A DNA stretch of 64,000 bases from Planctomycetota bacterium (GTDB lineage: Bacteria > Planctomycetota > UBA8108 > SXIK01). The first letter of the stretch is position 1. Every line of letters begins with the position of its first letter. The DNA is taken from NCBI GenBank assembly GCA_965223265.1, contig OZ244999.1, positions 1,888,001-1,952,000 on the forward strand. Direction: 5' to 3'. Shown here piece by piece: positions 46,956-56,839 of the stretch. The notes under the pieces were generated by a model. The model did no database searches and was not told where the DNA came from. It saw only the letters and a program-made list of their open reading frames with translations. The translations under genes and the position numbers were made by a program.

Positions 46956-47933
46956 CTACGCGTGATCGCATCCGAAGAGGTTAACGCTGAACATCCTATC
47001 GTCGTCCGTCCAGGAGGTTTCGATTCGCAGATCGGCGGCGGCGGCTAGATTCTCGATGTCGTCGCGGGAGTACTTGTAGGAATTCTCCGTGTGGATCGAT
47101 TCGCCTCGCTCGAACTCCACGTCCATGCCAAGCTCTTCGATGCGGATCGTTTGATCTGTCTTGCTGACGAGATGCATTTCGATGCGGCTACGTTGTGATT
47201 CGAATCTTGCGTGGTGGTGAAAGCGATCCAAATCAAAATCGCCGTCGAGCTCGCGATTGATGCGTGACAGAAGGTTCTTGTTGAAACGGGCTGTAACACC
47301 TTCGTCGTCGTTGTACGCTTGTTCGAGCTTTTCGGTGCTCTTGTGGAGATCGATTCCGACGAGAAGCTTGTCTTGGGGCTTCATCGCAGATCTCACGCGA
47401 CACAGGAACTCCTCGGCGTGCGATGGTTCAAAGTTGCCGATGCTCGAGCCGAGCCAAGCGATGAGTCGTTGAGGGTGATCGCGCATTCTGTCGAGGAGGT
47501 TCACAACGCACTCGTAGGTGCCGACAGTCGACGCGATGCTGAGCTGTGGGTAGTCAGTTGCGAGGTCATGTGTGCTTTCTTCGACCGCTGCTGCAGAGAT
47601 GTCCAGAGGGCAGTAGAGAAAGGACTTCCGGAGTGCAAGGAACGCATCCAGTAGAACACGCGTCTTGCGGCTGCTGCCGCTTCCGAGCTCAACCAAACTC
47701 GTGCAAGCCGGAAGCTGCGCGGCGACGTCTTCGCAGCAGCTGCGAAGAATCTCGGTTTCTTTTCGCGTCAGGTAGTAGGAATCGAGCGAGCAAATCTCTT
47801 CAAACAACTCGGAACCATGGTCGTCATAGAAGTATTTGAACGGCAACGTCTTTTCCGGACGACTCAACCCTGCTTGCACATCTTTTGCGAAGTCATCATT
47901 CTGCACTTGCGTGCGCTGATCTAGGATGGACAC
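46956..47933 (-). CDS. egtD: L-histidine N-alpha-methyltransferase
   Basis: KTLPFKYFYD..GSELFEEI..L.SYYLTRKE, ELGSGSS.KT, LGSSIGNF, AYNDDEGVTARFN, HTENSYKY. Likely start GTG 47933. Confidence 0.93.
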   Translation of the reverse strand: MSILDQRTQVQNDDFAKDVQAGLSRPEKTLPFKYFYDDHGSELFEEICSLDSYYLTRKETEILRSCCEDVAAQLPACTSLVELGSGSSRKTRVLLDAFLALRKSFLYCPLDISAAAVEESTHDLATDYPQLSIASTVGTYECVVNLLDRMRDHPQRLIAWLGSSIGNFEPSHAEEFLCRVRSAMKPQDKLLVGIDLHKSTEKLEQAYNDDEGVTARFNKNLLSRINRELDGDFDLDRFHHHARFESQRSRIEMHLVSKTDQTIRIEELGMDVEFERGESIHTENSYKYSRDDIENLAAAADLRIETSWTDDDRMFSVNLFGCDHA

Positions 47934-48303
47934 GGTCCGTTCCCTGTCCGTACAGATGCCTCTTCCGATGTTCGTATCGTTTGGCACGTCTCTTCCTTTC
48001 GCTACTGAGAAGCTTCTTGGTGTACATGATGAGAGCAGCCGCATCAACCGTCACGGTTTAGAGACCGTCGACTTGCGTCCATGCGCGGTTCGCTATGCAG
48101 TGATCGTCAGTCGTACCCCGTGCGAGCGCCGCTCGTACATGACTTGCTCGACACGCGCATAGCAATGAAGACCGTACTGTGGTACGGTGTTGCGACACTT
48201 CACGAACCGTGCGGTTCCGAGATTCCCGTGTGTGTCTACGCGGGCGCACCGTGTTCCGTGCGCATCCGCGTTCATCGTACTCTCCGCGCTGGAGCGACGA
48301 AGG

Positions 48304-49077
48304 TTGAGGCCGACGGATTCGATTCTTGAATTGAGAGGTGTTTCGAAATCGTTCGGTGAGACGACCGTTTTGCATGGCGTTGATCTCGACGTTTTCGCTC
48401 AAACGACGACGGCACTCATCGGGCCGAGTGGTTCCGGCAAATCGACTCTGCTGCGGCTCATGAACGGCCTTTTGAGTCCCGATCTTGGCGAGGTGCGCTT
48501 TGATTCGCAGCTCGTCGACTCCAGTCCCGCGCTCGAACTACGTCGACGCATGGGCTACGTCATCCAAGATGGGGGGCTTTTTCCACATTTGACGGCGAGC
48601 CGCAATGTGACGCTACTCGCTCGTCATCTTCGCTGGTCTGAGAAGCGCATCGAAGGACGCCTCGACGAGCTCGTCGATTTGACGCATTTTCCACGCGATG
48701 GACTCGACCGTTATCCCTCGGAGCTCTCGGGCGGGCAACGCCAGCGCGTCGGGTTGATGAGGGCACTGATGCTGAACCCCGACGTCCTACTTCTCGATGA
48801 ACCGCTCGGTGCGCTTGATCCGTTGATTCGTTCGGAGTTGCAAGAGGAGTTGCGACAGATTTTCGTGACGCTTGGAAAGACCGTCGTGATCGTCACTCAC
48901 GACCTGGCGGAGGCCGCTTTTTTTGCCGATCGCTTGGCGCTTTGCAACCACGGTCGGATCGTGCAGATCGGTTCGTACTCTGAGCTCGTGAACGAGCCAG
49001 CCGAGGCGTTCGTAACACGATTCGTCCAGGCGCAGCGGGCATTGACCGCTGGTTCTTCCTCTGGAGACGCCCCATGA
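48304..49077 (+). CDS. Quaternary-amine (Opu/ProV/OsmV-type) ABC transporter ATPase
   Basis: GPSGSGKS, GYVIQDGGLFPH, LSGGQRQR, LLLDEP. Start is uncertain (TTG 48304). Confidence 0.9.
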   Translation: MRPTDSILELRGVSKSFGETTVLHGVDLDVFAQTTTALIGPSGSGKSTLLRLMNGLLSPDLGEVRFDSQLVDSSPALELRRRMGYVIQDGGLFPHLTASRNVTLLARHLRWSEKRIEGRLDELVDLTHFPRDGLDRYPSELSGGQRQRVGLMRALMLNPDVLLLDEPLGALDPLIRSELQEELRQIFVTLGKTVVIVTHDLAEAAFFADRLALCNHGRIVQIGSYSELVNEPAEAFVTRFVQAQRALTAGSSSGDAP

Positions 49078-50579
49078 CGCATCGCAGGCGTTTTCGACTT
49101 TCCGTTGCTTTCGTCGTGGCAGCGTTCGTGCCGTCGTTGTCTGCCGGTGAGGAACCGATCGTCGTCGGATCGAAGAAGTTCACGGAGTCGGTCGTGCTCG
49201 GCGAGATGCTGCTTCAGGTCGGTCGTTCCACCGGGGGGAGCATCGTCCATCAAAGGGAGTTCGGCGGCACGCGCATCCTCTGGAATGCTCTTGTCCGCGG
49301 CGATATCGACGCATACCCCGAGTATAGCGGAACGCTCTTGCGAGAGATCCTGGCCTCCCACAACGTCGAATCTATGGACGAGGCAAGGCCAGTTTTGGAG
49401 AGCTATGGGATTCGAACCAGCGGCGCTCTCGGTTTTAACAACACTTATGCGATCGGCGTCTTGCGCGAAATTGCGAAAAGTCGTTCGTTGAGCAGGGTCT
49501 CCGATCTGAGGGCCCACTCCGACCTAAGATTCGCCTTCAGCAACGAGTTCATGGAGCGGCAGGATGGATGGGACGCACTGCGTCAACGCTACTCCTTACC
49601 CCAAACGGATGTGAGGGGGATGGACCATGATTTGGCCTACCGCGGCCTTCTCTCAAAGGCAGTTGATGCCACGGACTTCTATGCGACGGATGCCGAGATT
49701 TCGCATCATTCGCTCATGGTCTTAGACGACGACCTGAAGCACTTTCCGCGTTACGACGCTCTTATCCTCTTTCGAGCTGACCTCGAGACAAGGGCGCCAA
49801 AGGTCGTGGCGGCAATGCGCCGACTCGAGGGGCGCATCGATGCCGTAGTGATGACGAACTTGAACCGTGAAGTGAAGTTTGGCGGTGCATCTGAAGCTGA
49901 AGTCGCTGCCGGGTTTCTTCGCGAAGCGCTGAGTCTGTCGATCGTCGTCGACAACGAAACGAGGGCCACTCGGCTTCTCAGGCACAGCCGCGAGCATTTG
50001 ACGCTGGTCGGCGTGTCCCTTCTGGTTGCTGTGTTGATCGCCGTTCCACTGGGCATCGTCGCGGCGAAGAGACCATGGCTCGGACAATTCGTTTTGGCGG
50101 CGACGGGAATTCTTCAGACGATTCCGTCGCTTGCGCTGCTCGTGTTTATGATTCCACTTCTTGGTATCGGCAAACCTGCTGCTGTTGCCGCCCTCTTCTT
50201 TTACAGCCTGCTGCCGATTGTTAGGAATACACACGCTGGCCTTTGTGGGATTCGCCCGGATTTGCGCGAGTCGGCAGAGGCGGTCGGGTTGCCACCTCGC
50301 GCGCGGTTATTTCAGATCGAGCTCCCACTTGCGTCCCCTTCGATCCTTGCGGGAATCAAGACCGCAGCCGTGATTAACGTCGGCACAGCGACGTTGGGCG
50401 CGTTGATTGGTGCCGGAGGACTCGGATCGCCCATTCTTACGGGGATTCGACTCGATGACTATGGGCTCATTCTTCAGGGGGCGATTCCTGCTGCTGGTCT
50501 CGCCGTCGCGATACAAGTGGCTTTCGATGTCGCCGAAAGATTCTTAGTCCCACGTGGTCTGAGGTTGCAACGTCAATGA
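49074..50579 (+). CDS. Fused substrate-binding protein + permease, betaine/ergothioneine-type ABC transporter
   Basis: VGSKKFTE, IDAYPEYSGT, LGFNNTYA, then permease QTIPSLAL and TATLGALIGAGGLG. Confidence 0.9.
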   Translation: MTHRRRFRLSVAFVVAAFVPSLSAGEEPIVVGSKKFTESVVLGEMLLQVGRSTGGSIVHQREFGGTRILWNALVRGDIDAYPEYSGTLLREILASHNVESMDEARPVLESYGIRTSGALGFNNTYAIGVLREIAKSRSLSRVSDLRAHSDLRFAFSNEFMERQDGWDALRQRYSLPQTDVRGMDHDLAYRGLLSKAVDATDFYATDAEISHHSLMVLDDDLKHFPRYDALILFRADLETRAPKVVAAMRRLEGRIDAVVMTNLNREVKFGGASEAEVAAGFLREALSLSIVVDNETRATRLLRHSREHLTLVGVSLLVAVLIAVPLGIVAAKRPWLGQFVLAATGILQTIPSLALLVFMIPLLGIGKPAAVAALFFYSLLPIVRNTHAGLCGIRPDLRESAEAVGLPPRARLFQIELPLASPSILAGIKTAAVINVGTATLGALIGAGGLGSPILTGIRLDDYGLILQGAIPAAGLAVAIQVAFDVAERFLVPRGLRLQRQ

Positions 50580-50642
50580 TGCGCGCCTCGAGCTGCGGGC
50601 GGAGAGTCTTGCACCTGCAGGTTGAAAGTACGGAGTGATCAC

Positions 50643-51995
50643 ATGTCGAAGTCCTTGCACGGCTGCGCCGAAGCCACCGCGGGTGCGGAGCAAGTGAAAG
50701 ACGAAATGCTGGCTCGGTATCACGCGACACGCGTCGCCACGGAAGAGTTGTGTCGGGGGCTTGAAGTCGAAGACATGGTTTGTCAAACGATGGCCGATGT
50801 CAGCCCGACGAAATGGCACTTGGCGCACACGACGTGGTTCTTTGAGACGTTTATCCTCGTGCGGCTGGATTCCGGATACGAAGTCTACGACCGCCGCTAT
50901 CGCGATCTCTTCAATTCCTACTACAACAGCGTTGGCCAGCAGTTCGATCGACCGAAACGAGGCTACCTGTCGAGGCCTACGGTGCGAGAGATCATGGACT
51001 TTCGCGCCCACGTCGACGCGGCGATCGAGCGTCTGCTGGAAAACGGAAGCCAGGCCAGAGTGCCAGAGTTTCTCAAGCTGGTTGAGATCGGCATCCACCA
51101 CGAGCAACAGCATCAAGAGCTCATACTGACAGACCTAAAGCATGTATTCGCCTCCAATCCGCTCTTGCCGATCTTTCGATCTGAGTCACGCTCATCGATG
51201 TGTGAAGCGGAGCCGCTCGGGTGGCACGAGTATGAAGGAGGGGTTCGGGCGATCGGAGAAAGCGGCGATGGTTTCTCGTTCGACAATGAGCGACCACGCC
51301 ATGAGGTCCTTTTGCAGCCGTTTCGACTGGCCTCGCGGCTCGTTACCTGCGGCGAGTACTTGGAGTTCATCGAGGCTGGCGGCTATGACAGTCCCGAGTT
51401 TTGGCTTTCCGACGGCTGGGAGATCATCCGAGCACGGTCGTGGAGTGCGCCGCTCTACTGGCGAAGAATCGACGCGACATGGTATGAGTTTACATTGACG
51501 GGAATGCGCCCCGTCCGCGCAGCCGAGCCGGTGTGCCATGTGAGCTTTTACGAAGCCGACGCCTACGCTCGCTGGAAAGGTCTGCGACTACCCAGCGAGG
51601 AAGAGTGGGAAGTGGCCGCTGCCGATGTGGGAGTCGACGGTAATTTTGTCGACTCGGAGCGATTCCACCCGAGGCCGAGTGAATTCTCCGGCGCGGCGGA
51701 CGTCCGTCCGCGACAGATGTTCGGGGACGTCTGGGAATGGACTTCAAGTCCTTACCTCGCGTACCCTGGCTACGCGCGGCCGGTGGGAGCGTTGGGTGAG
51801 TACAACGCGAAATTCATGTCGAATCGTTTCGTCTTGCGGGGCGGCTCTTGTGCGACGCCGCGCAATCACATGCGTGCGACGTACCGAAACTTTTTCGCCC
51901 CGGACGCGAGGTGGCAATTCATGGGCATTCGCCTGGCCGACTCACTGTTGGTCGCGAACGGGAGAGCGTCCACATCTTCCGCGACGCACAACTGA
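50643..51995 (+). CDS. egtB: Ergothioneine sulfoxide synthase (DinB + FGE domains)
   Basis: SPTKWHLAHTTWFFE, FNSYY, HEQQHQE iron ligands, DNERP, GDVWEW, EYNAKFM. ATG 50643 with GGAG SD. Confidence 0.92.
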   Translation: MSKSLHGCAEATAGAEQVKDEMLARYHATRVATEELCRGLEVEDMVCQTMADVSPTKWHLAHTTWFFETFILVRLDSGYEVYDRRYRDLFNSYYNSVGQQFDRPKRGYLSRPTVREIMDFRAHVDAAIERLLENGSQARVPEFLKLVEIGIHHEQQHQELILTDLKHVFASNPLLPIFRSESRSSMCEAEPLGWHEYEGGVRAIGESGDGFSFDNERPRHEVLLQPFRLASRLVTCGEYLEFIEAGGYDSPEFWLSDGWEIIRARSWSAPLYWRRIDATWYEFTLTGMRPVRAAEPVCHVSFYEADAYARWKGLRLPSEEEWEVAAADVGVDGNFVDSERFHPRPSEFSGAADVRPRQMFGDVWEWTSSPYLAYPGYARPVGALGEYNAKFMSNRFVLRGGSCATPRNHMRATYRNFFAPDARWQFMGIRLADSLLVANGRASTSSATHN

Positions 51996-52027
51996 GGTCT
52001 ACGGAGCAGCACTCACAGCCCCTACAG

Positions 52028-52053
52028 CTGAGTCTTTCGTAGGAAGGGCTCAG
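52028..52053. terminator. Hairpin between the convergent egtB and dehydrogenase genes
   Basis: ctgagtctttcgtaggaagggctcag imperfect stem with no clear U-tract. Confidence 0.25.
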
Positions 52054-52297
52054 AAACCCTTGTCCTCAGGCTCGATCGGCGGTTGTGGGGCGTCGCGGCG
52101 GACTTCACGTCTGGTGACGTCTGCCGAAGTGACCTGTTCGATCAATTCGCATCATCGGCCGAATCGCCGCCCATGGTGACCCGCGTCCCCCATGCCCGCG
52201 CAATCGCGCACGGCGTTGAAGCGCTTCTCTTTGACGGTGGGAGCAGCTTCATCGGACTGTTAGGCTGGTTCGCTGGCGTACTCAGTTCGATGAACTG

Positions 52298-53911
52298 TCA
52301 AAACAGCGGCGCGCACAACTCGTAGATTTCACAGGTGACGGATCCATTCTGCGGTGGCTTCTTGCACTCACCTTGGCCATCGAGAGGATTCGTCGTCGTG
52401 AAGAGCGACTGTAGTTGAAAAATCGCATCGGAGATCTCGATCGCGTCGTCGGAGTTTGCGTCGCACGCCAACTCACAGGTTGGAGATCGTTGCAGGAGCG
52501 AGGCGTCGAACAGGAAAAGGAGAATTGTCACGGGGTCGGAGATGTCGAGGGCTCCATCGTGGTTGCAGTCGCCATGGCGGTAGCAGAGCTGGCCGCTCTC
52601 CAGGCGTGGAACAACGCGTAAAACTTCGCCGTTGCTACGGCCAATGTAGAGCTCTCCGGATTCGTCTTCGCCAAACGTGATGTCGCGTGCCGGTTGAAGC
52701 TGTGCGCCATCTGTATCCACGGCGATACGCTCCAGTTCGCCCGTCTTTACGTTCATGGCGAATAGCTCTGCCGCCAGCCAATCGAGGAAAATGTACTTTC
52801 CATAGAGCTGTGGCAGGCGCGTGCCGCGATAGACGTAGCCGCCGATCACTGATCCGTAGCCGTTGTCCGACCAGTTGTGGTCGTACTCGGCAAGCGGTGG
52901 CTCGAACGACGGATTCGGTGTCGGCGCGACGGTTGCGTCTCCCGTCTGCGGATTCCATAGAAAGCTTCCCTCCCTCAAGTCCCAACCGTAATTCGCGGCG
53001 CGCTTAACGCGCACGACCCACTCGATCGTGAAGTCGCCGTTGACCCCGGTGTAGACTTCCCCGGTGACGCGATCGGTCGTCACGCGCCACGGGTTCCGAA
53101 GCCCCCAGGCGAAGATCTCGCGGACGTTTCCGGTCGTGTCATGTGAGAACGGATTAGTCTCCGGGATTCCATACTTGCCGTTCTCCCCCAGCGTGTCGAC
53201 GTCGATCCGCAAGACCTTGCCGAAGGGGTTCGTCGTCAGCTGGGCGTTCGTGTTGTAGTGAGTCGGAGAGCCAGAGCGTGTATCGCCGCCATCGCCAAGG
53301 ACGAGGTACAGATAGCCATCGCCGCCAAAAGTGAGGTGGTTTAGCTTGTGCACGAAATGCGGATCGCGGATGCGGAGGAGTTCGCGGCGGCTATCGGCGT
53401 CGACGCGCTCTGGATTCTCAACGTCGATGTGATATTCGAGCAGCAGGTCGTCGAAGGCGCCGTCATCGAGTTCTTGGGGCGCCGAGAAGTCGGGCTCGAC
53501 GGCTTCAGAGATCGCCTCACCGCTGAGGACGTACAGCTTGCCGTTGGTGGAAAACGCGGGATGAAAGGCGAGTCCTGACATGGCACGGTCGGGTGGGTGC
53601 GCCGCCGTCTGCAGGAATGGCTCTGGCTGCACGATTCCGTCTTTCAGGATTCGGATCGTTCCTGAAGGTGAGACAAGAAACACTCGACCGCTGGCGTCGC
53701 CGGCGTTTTGGATGTCCGCCACGGACGATGGCAGCTGAGCGACGCTCTCGAGCCGGACGCGGAGACAGCCTACCTGCACGTCAGGCAGCAAGTCGTCTCC
53801 GGCGCCCTCGGCGGACGCCGCTGACGGCACGAGCAAGGGGGCGAGGAGCGCTACGATCGCAGCAACTCGAAGGTCACAGAGAGAGGGCCTCGCTGTTGAT
53901 CCTTCGAGCAT
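52298..53911 (-). CDS. Secreted PQQ-dependent glucose/sorbosone dehydrogenase-family protein with dockerin-like tail
   Basis: GLAFHP.F..NG, FGGDGYLY..LGDGG, GKVLRID, WGLRNPWR, NYGW, SVIGGYVYRG, FGEDESGELY. C-terminal HGDCNHDGALDISD. Confidence 0.85.
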   Translation of the reverse strand: MLEGSTARPSLCDLRVAAIVALLAPLLVPSAASAEGAGDDLLPDVQVGCLRVRLESVAQLPSSVADIQNAGDASGRVFLVSPSGTIRILKDGIVQPEPFLQTAAHPPDRAMSGLAFHPAFSTNGKLYVLSGEAISEAVEPDFSAPQELDDGAFDDLLLEYHIDVENPERVDADSRRELLRIRDPHFVHKLNHLTFGGDGYLYLVLGDGGDTRSGSPTHYNTNAQLTTNPFGKVLRIDVDTLGENGKYGIPETNPFSHDTTGNVREIFAWGLRNPWRVTTDRVTGEVYTGVNGDFTIEWVVRVKRAANYGWDLREGSFLWNPQTGDATVAPTPNPSFEPPLAEYDHNWSDNGYGSVIGGYVYRGTRLPQLYGKYIFLDWLAAELFAMNVKTGELERIAVDTDGAQLQPARDITFGEDESGELYIGRSNGEVLRVVPRLESGQLCYRHGDCNHDGALDISDPVTILLFLFDASLLQRSPTCELACDANSDDAIEISDAIFQLQSLFTTTNPLDGQGECKKPPQNGSVTCEIYELCAPLF

Positions 53912-53940
53912 GGGTCACCTACATTTCAGCAGAAAATCGG

Positions 53941-54816
53941 TTACAGCGACTCGTAAGGAAGTTCGAAGGCGCGCTCCATGAGTTTGACGTCGCCCCTTTC
54001 GAGGCCCAGCTTAAACCAGCGCACCCGCTGCGCGGAGGTCCCATGTGTGAAGGAGTCCGGCTGGACGTAGCCGCGCGCCTGCTTTTGCAGGCGATCATCG
54101 CCGATCGCGCTGGCCGCATTCAGCGCTTCCTCCACGTCACCTCGTTCGATGATGCCACGTGCTTTGTGTGCGTGGTGGGCCCAAACACCGGCAAGAAAAT
54201 CGGCTTGAAGCTCCAATCGGACGGACATTTTGTTGTATTCCGTCTCGTTCAGTCGTTGACGCGCTTGGTGCACCTTGTCGGAGATGCCCAACAGGTTTTG
54301 GATATGGTGGCCAACTTCGTGCGCGATCACATACGCTTGCGCGAAGTCGCCCGGTGCGCCGTGGCGGCGTTTGAGGTCGTCGTAGAAGCTCAGATCGATG
54401 TACACCTTTTGATCCGCCGGGCAATAGAAGGGACCAATCGCAGACTGTGCGAATCCGCAACCCGACTGTGTCGCCCCGCTGAAGAGTACGAGCGTCGGCT
54501 CACGGTACCGCGTGCCCAAAAGTGAGTTCCACGTGTCCTCCGTGTCGGCGAGCACCACGCTGACGAATTCGCCCAGCTCTCTCTGCTCAGGCGAAAGTTC
54601 GACGTTCTCCGCGGGAGCGCCTCCAGCTCCGCCGCCCAGTCCTCCCGCGCCTCCGAGTAGCTGCTGAAGTAGCTGCTGGATGTCGCCTTTGCCCATGAGC
54701 ATGGCGATCACCGCCACGATGAGCATTCCCGCCCCGCCCGCGATCGCTGGACCGCGGACCCTCCGTCCCCGCCGATCTTCCACGTTGTCGCTGCGGCGAC
54801 CGGTCCTCCAGCGCAT
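53941..54816 (-). CDS. ypfJ: Neutral zinc metallopeptidase (YpfJ-like)
   Basis: SDNVEDRR, GPFYCPADQKVYIDL, AHEVGHHIQ, ELQAD, FTHGTS.QR..WF. Confidence 0.9.
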   Translation of the reverse strand: MRWRTGRRSDNVEDRRGRRVRGPAIAGGAGMLIVAVIAMLMGKGDIQQLLQQLLGGAGGLGGGAGGAPAENVELSPEQRELGEFVSVVLADTEDTWNSLLGTRYREPTLVLFSGATQSGCGFAQSAIGPFYCPADQKVYIDLSFYDDLKRRHGAPGDFAQAYVIAHEVGHHIQNLLGISDKVHQARQRLNETEYNKMSVRLELQADFLAGVWAHHAHKARGIIERGDVEEALNAASAIGDDRLQKQARGYVQPDSFTHGTSAQRVRWFKLGLERGDVKLMERAFELPYESL

Positions 54817-55004
54817 GAATCCTCCACTCAAATACGGGCGACGATTTCGAAGTAGGGGGTCAATGAGTGGAGACTAAATTAACAGCCACGTCGAGCGAAA
54901 TCCACCTCGCGTTGGCGCCGCGAATCTGATCTATCTGATCCGGCGGACACGGTGTGCTCTGAACTTTCTTCAGCAGTGGTCTGCGCCGCCGAGCCACCGC
55001 ATCT

Positions 55005-55661
55005 CTACTCAATGCCGAAGAGCACCTGCGAGATGCGCCGCGCGATGAAGACATACGCATTCGTCCACGCATCTTCGCGCAGAAAGCGTGTCTCCATCTG
55101 CGGTGCACCTATGAACGGTCTAAGTACCCACGCCATCTGCACGGCCACGAACACATAGACGCAGAGCCACGCCGTTTTACCGACGCGGTGGCGACGATTG
55201 TTTCGAATCAAGGGTGCGTAGTGAATCGCTAGCGTCTTCTGCGCTGCGAGTGTTGCGATGAAGAATTGAAGGCCGTTGAAGAGCTGTACCGTGGCGTAGT
55301 CGCCGACGGAAAAATAGAAGAACACGGTGATCGGTGCCAAGGCCGCGAGAGTGATCGCCAGGGTTGAGCCTGAAACGAGAACGCCCCGAAGCGCAGCGGG
55401 GAAGTCGTTGCGTAAACCCAACGCCGTGTTGATGACGAAGAAGCTCGGTAAGCAGACGGTGCTCGCAACGCCGAGGAGAAGCGGTACCTTCAGCATTGAA
55501 TAGGTCGCCTGCAGTGGGCGCAGCCCATAGAAACCCATGACACACCCGTAGAAACCACTCCCAGCGATGGCTACCACGACAAGAGTCAGCCACGGCGTAG
55601 CTGTCGAGCTGATGGAGTAGCGTCGTTCCGAACGGAGGAGAGCGTCGATTTCGGCAATCAT
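55005..55661 (-). CDS. Conserved membrane protein (Yip1-like), paralog of the upstream gene
   Basis: About five TM helices, LKVPLL and QMAWVLRPFIG. Confidence 0.7.
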   Translation of the reverse strand: MIAEIDALLRSERRYSISSTATPWLTLVVVAIAGSGFYGCVMGFYGLRPLQATYSMLKVPLLLGVASTVCLPSFFVINTALGLRNDFPAALRGVLVSGSTLAITLAALAPITVFFYFSVGDYATVQLFNGLQFFIATLAAQKTLAIHYAPLIRNNRRHRVGKTAWLCVYVFVAVQMAWVLRPFIGAPQMETRFLREDAWTNAYVFIARRISQVLFGIE

Positions 55662-55694
55662 GAGTTCGAACCCCCGGCGAGATCGGTCGTGTGG

Positions 55695-56507
55695 CTAGAA
55701 AAGTCGGCCAAGAGTGTCGAAGATAGCCTTGAAGAAGTGTGATTGCCGTTCCCGAAACCATTCGAAAGGAAGGTCGGGTGAACCGATGAATGGGCGAAGA
55801 ATCCAGCCCATCTGCGCGCCGACGCAGCCGTAAATCACTGTCCAACAGCAAAAGATCCATTTTGTTGCCGCCTGCGATTCTTCAGCGCCGGATGGAGGCG
55901 ATAGTTTCTTGTCAGGGGCAGCGGCTTCAGGAGTACCCGGGCTCGGCGATTCGGCATTTGCGGGTGCCTGCGCTGGACTCGACTCTGCCTTTTCGTTCGC
56001 GTCATCTGTCGTCACGACGACCTGTAGAGCCTTGTACATGAAGAGGAGTCCAGCCACGCCGCCGACAGTGAAAAATGCGACGTTTAGGACGATCATGAAT
56101 GGGTAGCTCTCTGTCGTGAACGTAAAGAACCCTGTGACTGGGCCGAAGCTCGCGACGAGCGCCAGGTTGACGACGATTCCTGCCAGCAGCAAGCGCAAAT
56201 TGCTCGTGAACCGAAGCCGCGAGCGAGCCAGGGCAGAAAAGACGTAAAGCGAAGGAAACGTGACCACCAGGGTCAGTAGAAAGAGCGCTGGTACCTTCAG
56301 GGTCGTGGCCAGGAGCTGGCGGCCTGACGCATTCTCTGGGCGAGCGACGCCATAGAGCCCCATGCAGACCCCGTAGAGTATTCCCAGGAGGACCGCGCAC
56401 AGCGTGAGCACACGGGCCGAGGTCTCGATGCGTCCGCGAAGTAGTGATTCACGGGAGACGACTTCGCCGCGCAGTAGGCTGTCGATGAGTGAGAAGAGTC
56501 GTAACAT
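55695..56507 (-). CDS. Conserved membrane protein (Yip1-like)
   Basis: LKVPAL, FPSLYVF, QMGWILRPFIG. Start at ATG 56507. Confidence 0.7.
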   Translation of the reverse strand: MLRLFSLIDSLLRGEVVSRESLLRGRIETSARVLTLCAVLLGILYGVCMGLYGVARPENASGRQLLATTLKVPALFLLTLVVTFPSLYVFSALARSRLRFTSNLRLLLAGIVVNLALVASFGPVTGFFTFTTESYPFMIVLNVAFFTVGGVAGLLFMYKALQVVVTTDDANEKAESSPAQAPANAESPSPGTPEAAAPDKKLSPPSGAEESQAATKWIFCCWTVIYGCVGAQMGWILRPFIGSPDLPFEWFRERQSHFFKAIFDTLGRLF

Positions 56508-56617
56508 AGCCACCCCATTACTTAAGTGTGAAGACAATCCCTGACGACGTCTCTCAGGTCACTGAGAGCCTAATCTGGGGTAGGTCGTGATGCAAGACAA
56601 TGCGGCTGCAGTCTTAG

Positions 56618-56796
56618 CAGCCCGCCTGAAAAAGTCATTCGGCCGAAGAAACTGGCCTCTTCACGCCCAAACGGGCCGCGTCAATACTCGCCATCAGAAT
56701 CGAAAGAAGAGGGCCAGAAGATTGCCTGCGTTTGCCGCGGCCGATCTGGACGCGAAGAGCCAGTTTTCGGCTCGAAGCACTTTTTCGGGCAGGCTG
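56618..56796. repeat. MITE-like repeat, family B (179 bp)
   Basis: TTAG|cagcccgcctgaaaaagt ... actttttcgggcaggctg imperfect 18-bp TIR. Homologous to 959- and 13096-13176. Confidence 0.75.
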
Positions 56797-56839
56797 TGAG
56801 CCTCGCGTTCCCCGTCGACGGTTCGCCTTCGGTGCGGGT

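Noticed and set aside
50643-51995. Selenoneine synthase SenA or ovothiol synthase OvoA
   Set aside because: No senB or senC nearby and no C-terminal methyltransferase. The motifs and egtD linkage fit EgtB.
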